Shown: one piece after another, positions 42,437-43,140 of the stretch
Layout of the letters: each line of letters opens with the position of its first letter
Numbering within the stretch: the first letter of the stretch is position 1
Virus record (IMG/VR): IMGVR_UViG_3300037419_001006
Coordinates: 1 to 43,140 of that record
Source: a virus
Lineage: Duplodnaviria; Caudoviricetes
Strand: one strand, 5' to 3'
Length of the DNA stretch: 43,140 nt
Notes under the pieces: model-generated
Told to the model about the DNA's origin: nothing
Databases searched by the model: none
What the model saw: only the letters and a program-made list of their open reading frames with translations
Translations under genes and position numbers: made by a program

Positions 42437-43140
42437 ATGGAATCGATTGACGAAATCCTGAAGACGGACGAGCCGAAGGTTGAAGAACCCGCAGGCATCG
42501 TTGACCCGCCCAGCACCATCGCGGATCCGCCTAGCGATAGGCTCCGCGATGAGCATGGCCGGTTCGTCAAGAAGGAGACGGGCGTAACAACGGAGCAGCC
42601 GCAAGCTGCGCCACAGGAACCAGCGCCGCCGGCTGGGCCAGTCGATCAGCTTCCGAAAGAAGAATACGAAGCCCTCAAGGATGAAAGGCGCAAAAGGCAG
42701 GAGTTGGAGCGTCGGCTTCAGGCAATGGAGCAACAGCTTTCAGCACCACCGAAACCGCAGCAGCCGCCAGCCGATTTCTGGGACGATCCGCAAGCCTTCA
42801 TGGACTCGCGCTTGAACCAGCTCGGCGAAACGCTGCTTCAGCAGTGGGAGCGGAGGCAGACGGCCCAGAGACTCGAAATCTCGGAGCAGTCGGCCAAGGC
42901 GAAATACACTGACTACGACGAGGCATTCAATGCCTTCGAGCAGGCGGTCCAGGCCAATCCTCGCCTGGCCCATGAAATGGCTCAGGCGGCCGATCCCGGT
43001 GAGTTCGCTTACCGCAAGGGAAAGACCGCGCTTGAGATTCAGAAAGTGGGTTCGATCGACGAACTGCGCGCCCAAATCCGAGCAGAGCTGGAGCAGGAGG
43101 CCCGCAAGGTCATCCAGCCTCAGTTTCCTTCAACAACCGC
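42437..43140 (+). CDS. Putative scaffolding protein (259 aa when joined to 230-305)
   Basis: Acidic Pro-rich N-terminus, RDEHGRF motif, ALKDERRKRQELE coiled coil; between portal and capsid. Confidence 0.75.
   Translation, partial: MESIDEILKTDEPKVEEPAGIVDPPSTIADPPSDRLRDEHGRFVKKETGVTTEQPQAAPQEPAPPAGPVDQLPKEEYEALKDERRKRQELERRLQAMEQQLSAPPKPQQPPADFWDDPQAFMDSRLNQLGETLLQQWERRQTAQRLEISEQSAKAKYTDYDEAFNAFEQAVQANPRLAHEMAQAADPGEFAYRKGKTALEIQKVGSIDELRAQIRAELEQEARKVIQPQFPSTT
42912..43140 (+). repeat. Terminal direct repeat, copy of 1-229
   Basis: Direct comparison, one mismatch. Confidence 0.95.

Overview
This window is a complete, circularly permuted genome (about 42.9 kb) of a temperate phage with a P22-like (podovirus-type) virion module. 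Bases 1-229 repeat at 42912-43140 with one mismatch. The host is probably an alphaproteobacterium (inferred from the tRNA-Val att core, promoter style and high GC). Layout: scaffold, capsid, head-completion, ejection and tail proteins (42437-13558, +); an antisense sterol-desaturase-family moron; and a lysis region (15.3-21.2 kb). The lysis region is split by a 3165-bp IS1-family element with perfect 23-bp terminal inverted repeats and an 8-bp target duplication. That element interrupts a YegP/DUF1508 gene and carries a DUF3800 gene facing a promoter-driven structured RNA. Next come the leftward early operon (21.2-32.4 kb: methyltransferase, attP, integrase, NinB, SSB, ERF and many small genes), a CI/Cro switch, replication genes, a NusG-family antiterminator, terminases and portal. 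The most striking unexplained signal is a family of at least nine ~60-82-nt structured elements confined to the early operon. Their stems co-vary between copies, they sit at gene starts and ends in a polarised orientation, and they are read through in frame, which suggests a gene-cassette shuffling or RNA-based system. All protein assignments come from motif recognition and synteny, not database searches.
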